DNA of 64,000 nucleotides, from the NCBI GenBank assembly GCA_035084275.1, contig CM068748.1:13082001-13146000 (forward strand), given 5' to 3'. Below, one piece after another: positions 63,495 to 64,000 of this stretch. The position numbers and the translations under genes were made by a program. The notes below the pieces were generated by a model that did not search any database, had not been told where the DNA came from, and saw nothing but the letters and a program-made list of their open reading frames with translations. Each line of letters begins with the position of its first letter. Position 1 is the first letter of the stretch. The DNA comes from Hydrolagus colliei. Lineage: Eukaryota.

Positions 63495-63775
63495 CCAGGT
63501 GTTGCATTATTTGAGATGTTGCTCTTCAATAATGGATGTTTAACATCCTATGGCACAATTTAAAAAAAAGGGATTTTCTTCTGATGTTCTGACCAATAAT
63601 CCCCCAACTAAAATTGGTCATTTATTTCATGGCCTTTTGTAGGAATTGCTGTGTGCAAATTCTCTGCCACGTTCACCTACAAATGTATAATCACTCCACT
63701 TTACAGTAGTTCCTGAGAAGCACTTTGAGATATTGTCCTAATGTGAAAGGCACTATTGCAAATGTAATGAAATAT
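63495..63775 (+). mobile_element. Deu-domain SINE 3' portion
   Basis: ATCCTATGGCAC..TGCTGTGTGCAAATT..GCACTTTGAGA..GTGAAAGGCACTAT. Confidence 0.78.
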
Positions 63776-64000
63776 CATAAATTTTGGTCAATTTATGTCT
63801 GAAGTCAAAATGAGATCTTGGACCATTTGCATTACTGTCAAATTAATAATTTACTACAAGAACAATCCATCATGGAATCATAGAATAAAATGTTCTAGTC
63901 ATGGAATAAAATGAACACCACTAGTCTTACTTGGGAAATTTCCACATTCAAGTGGCATGCAAATAGTTTGAATCATCTCACAAATGGCGATGGATTTCTG

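Noticed and set aside
1-64000. CRISPR arrays, operons, rRNA genes or other prokaryote-type systems
   Set aside because: The sequence is vertebrate-like and retroposon-rich, with no repeat-spacer array, long ORF or rRNA similarity.

Overview
AT-rich vertebrate genomic DNA with no protein-coding gene I can recognise; it reads as intronic or intergenic. The repeat complement points to a cartilaginous fish, possibly a chimaera/elephant-shark lineage (inference): tRNA-headed SINEs carrying a Deu-domain/L2-type tail, L2 and CR1 LINE 3' fragments, an HER1/HE1-like CR1 tail and a shark-type Penelope terminal motif. Most listed ORFs are chance frames or decayed LINE ORF2 pieces. The clearest structures are a complete hAT-type MITE with an 8-bp TSD (18793-19124), three unexplained fold-back elements (14910-15307, 50110-50293, 53023-53092), a probable solo LTR with a 5-bp TSD (57646-57886) and several nested insertions. 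Three of those insertions plus one inversion scar fall in the same short stretch of the long SINE core. There is also an LF-SINE-like relic and a possible spliced, polyadenylated minus-strand 3' end (about 40800-41845). I found no convincing new multi-gene biological system. Family names come from recalled consensus sequences, and many repeat boundaries are approximate.
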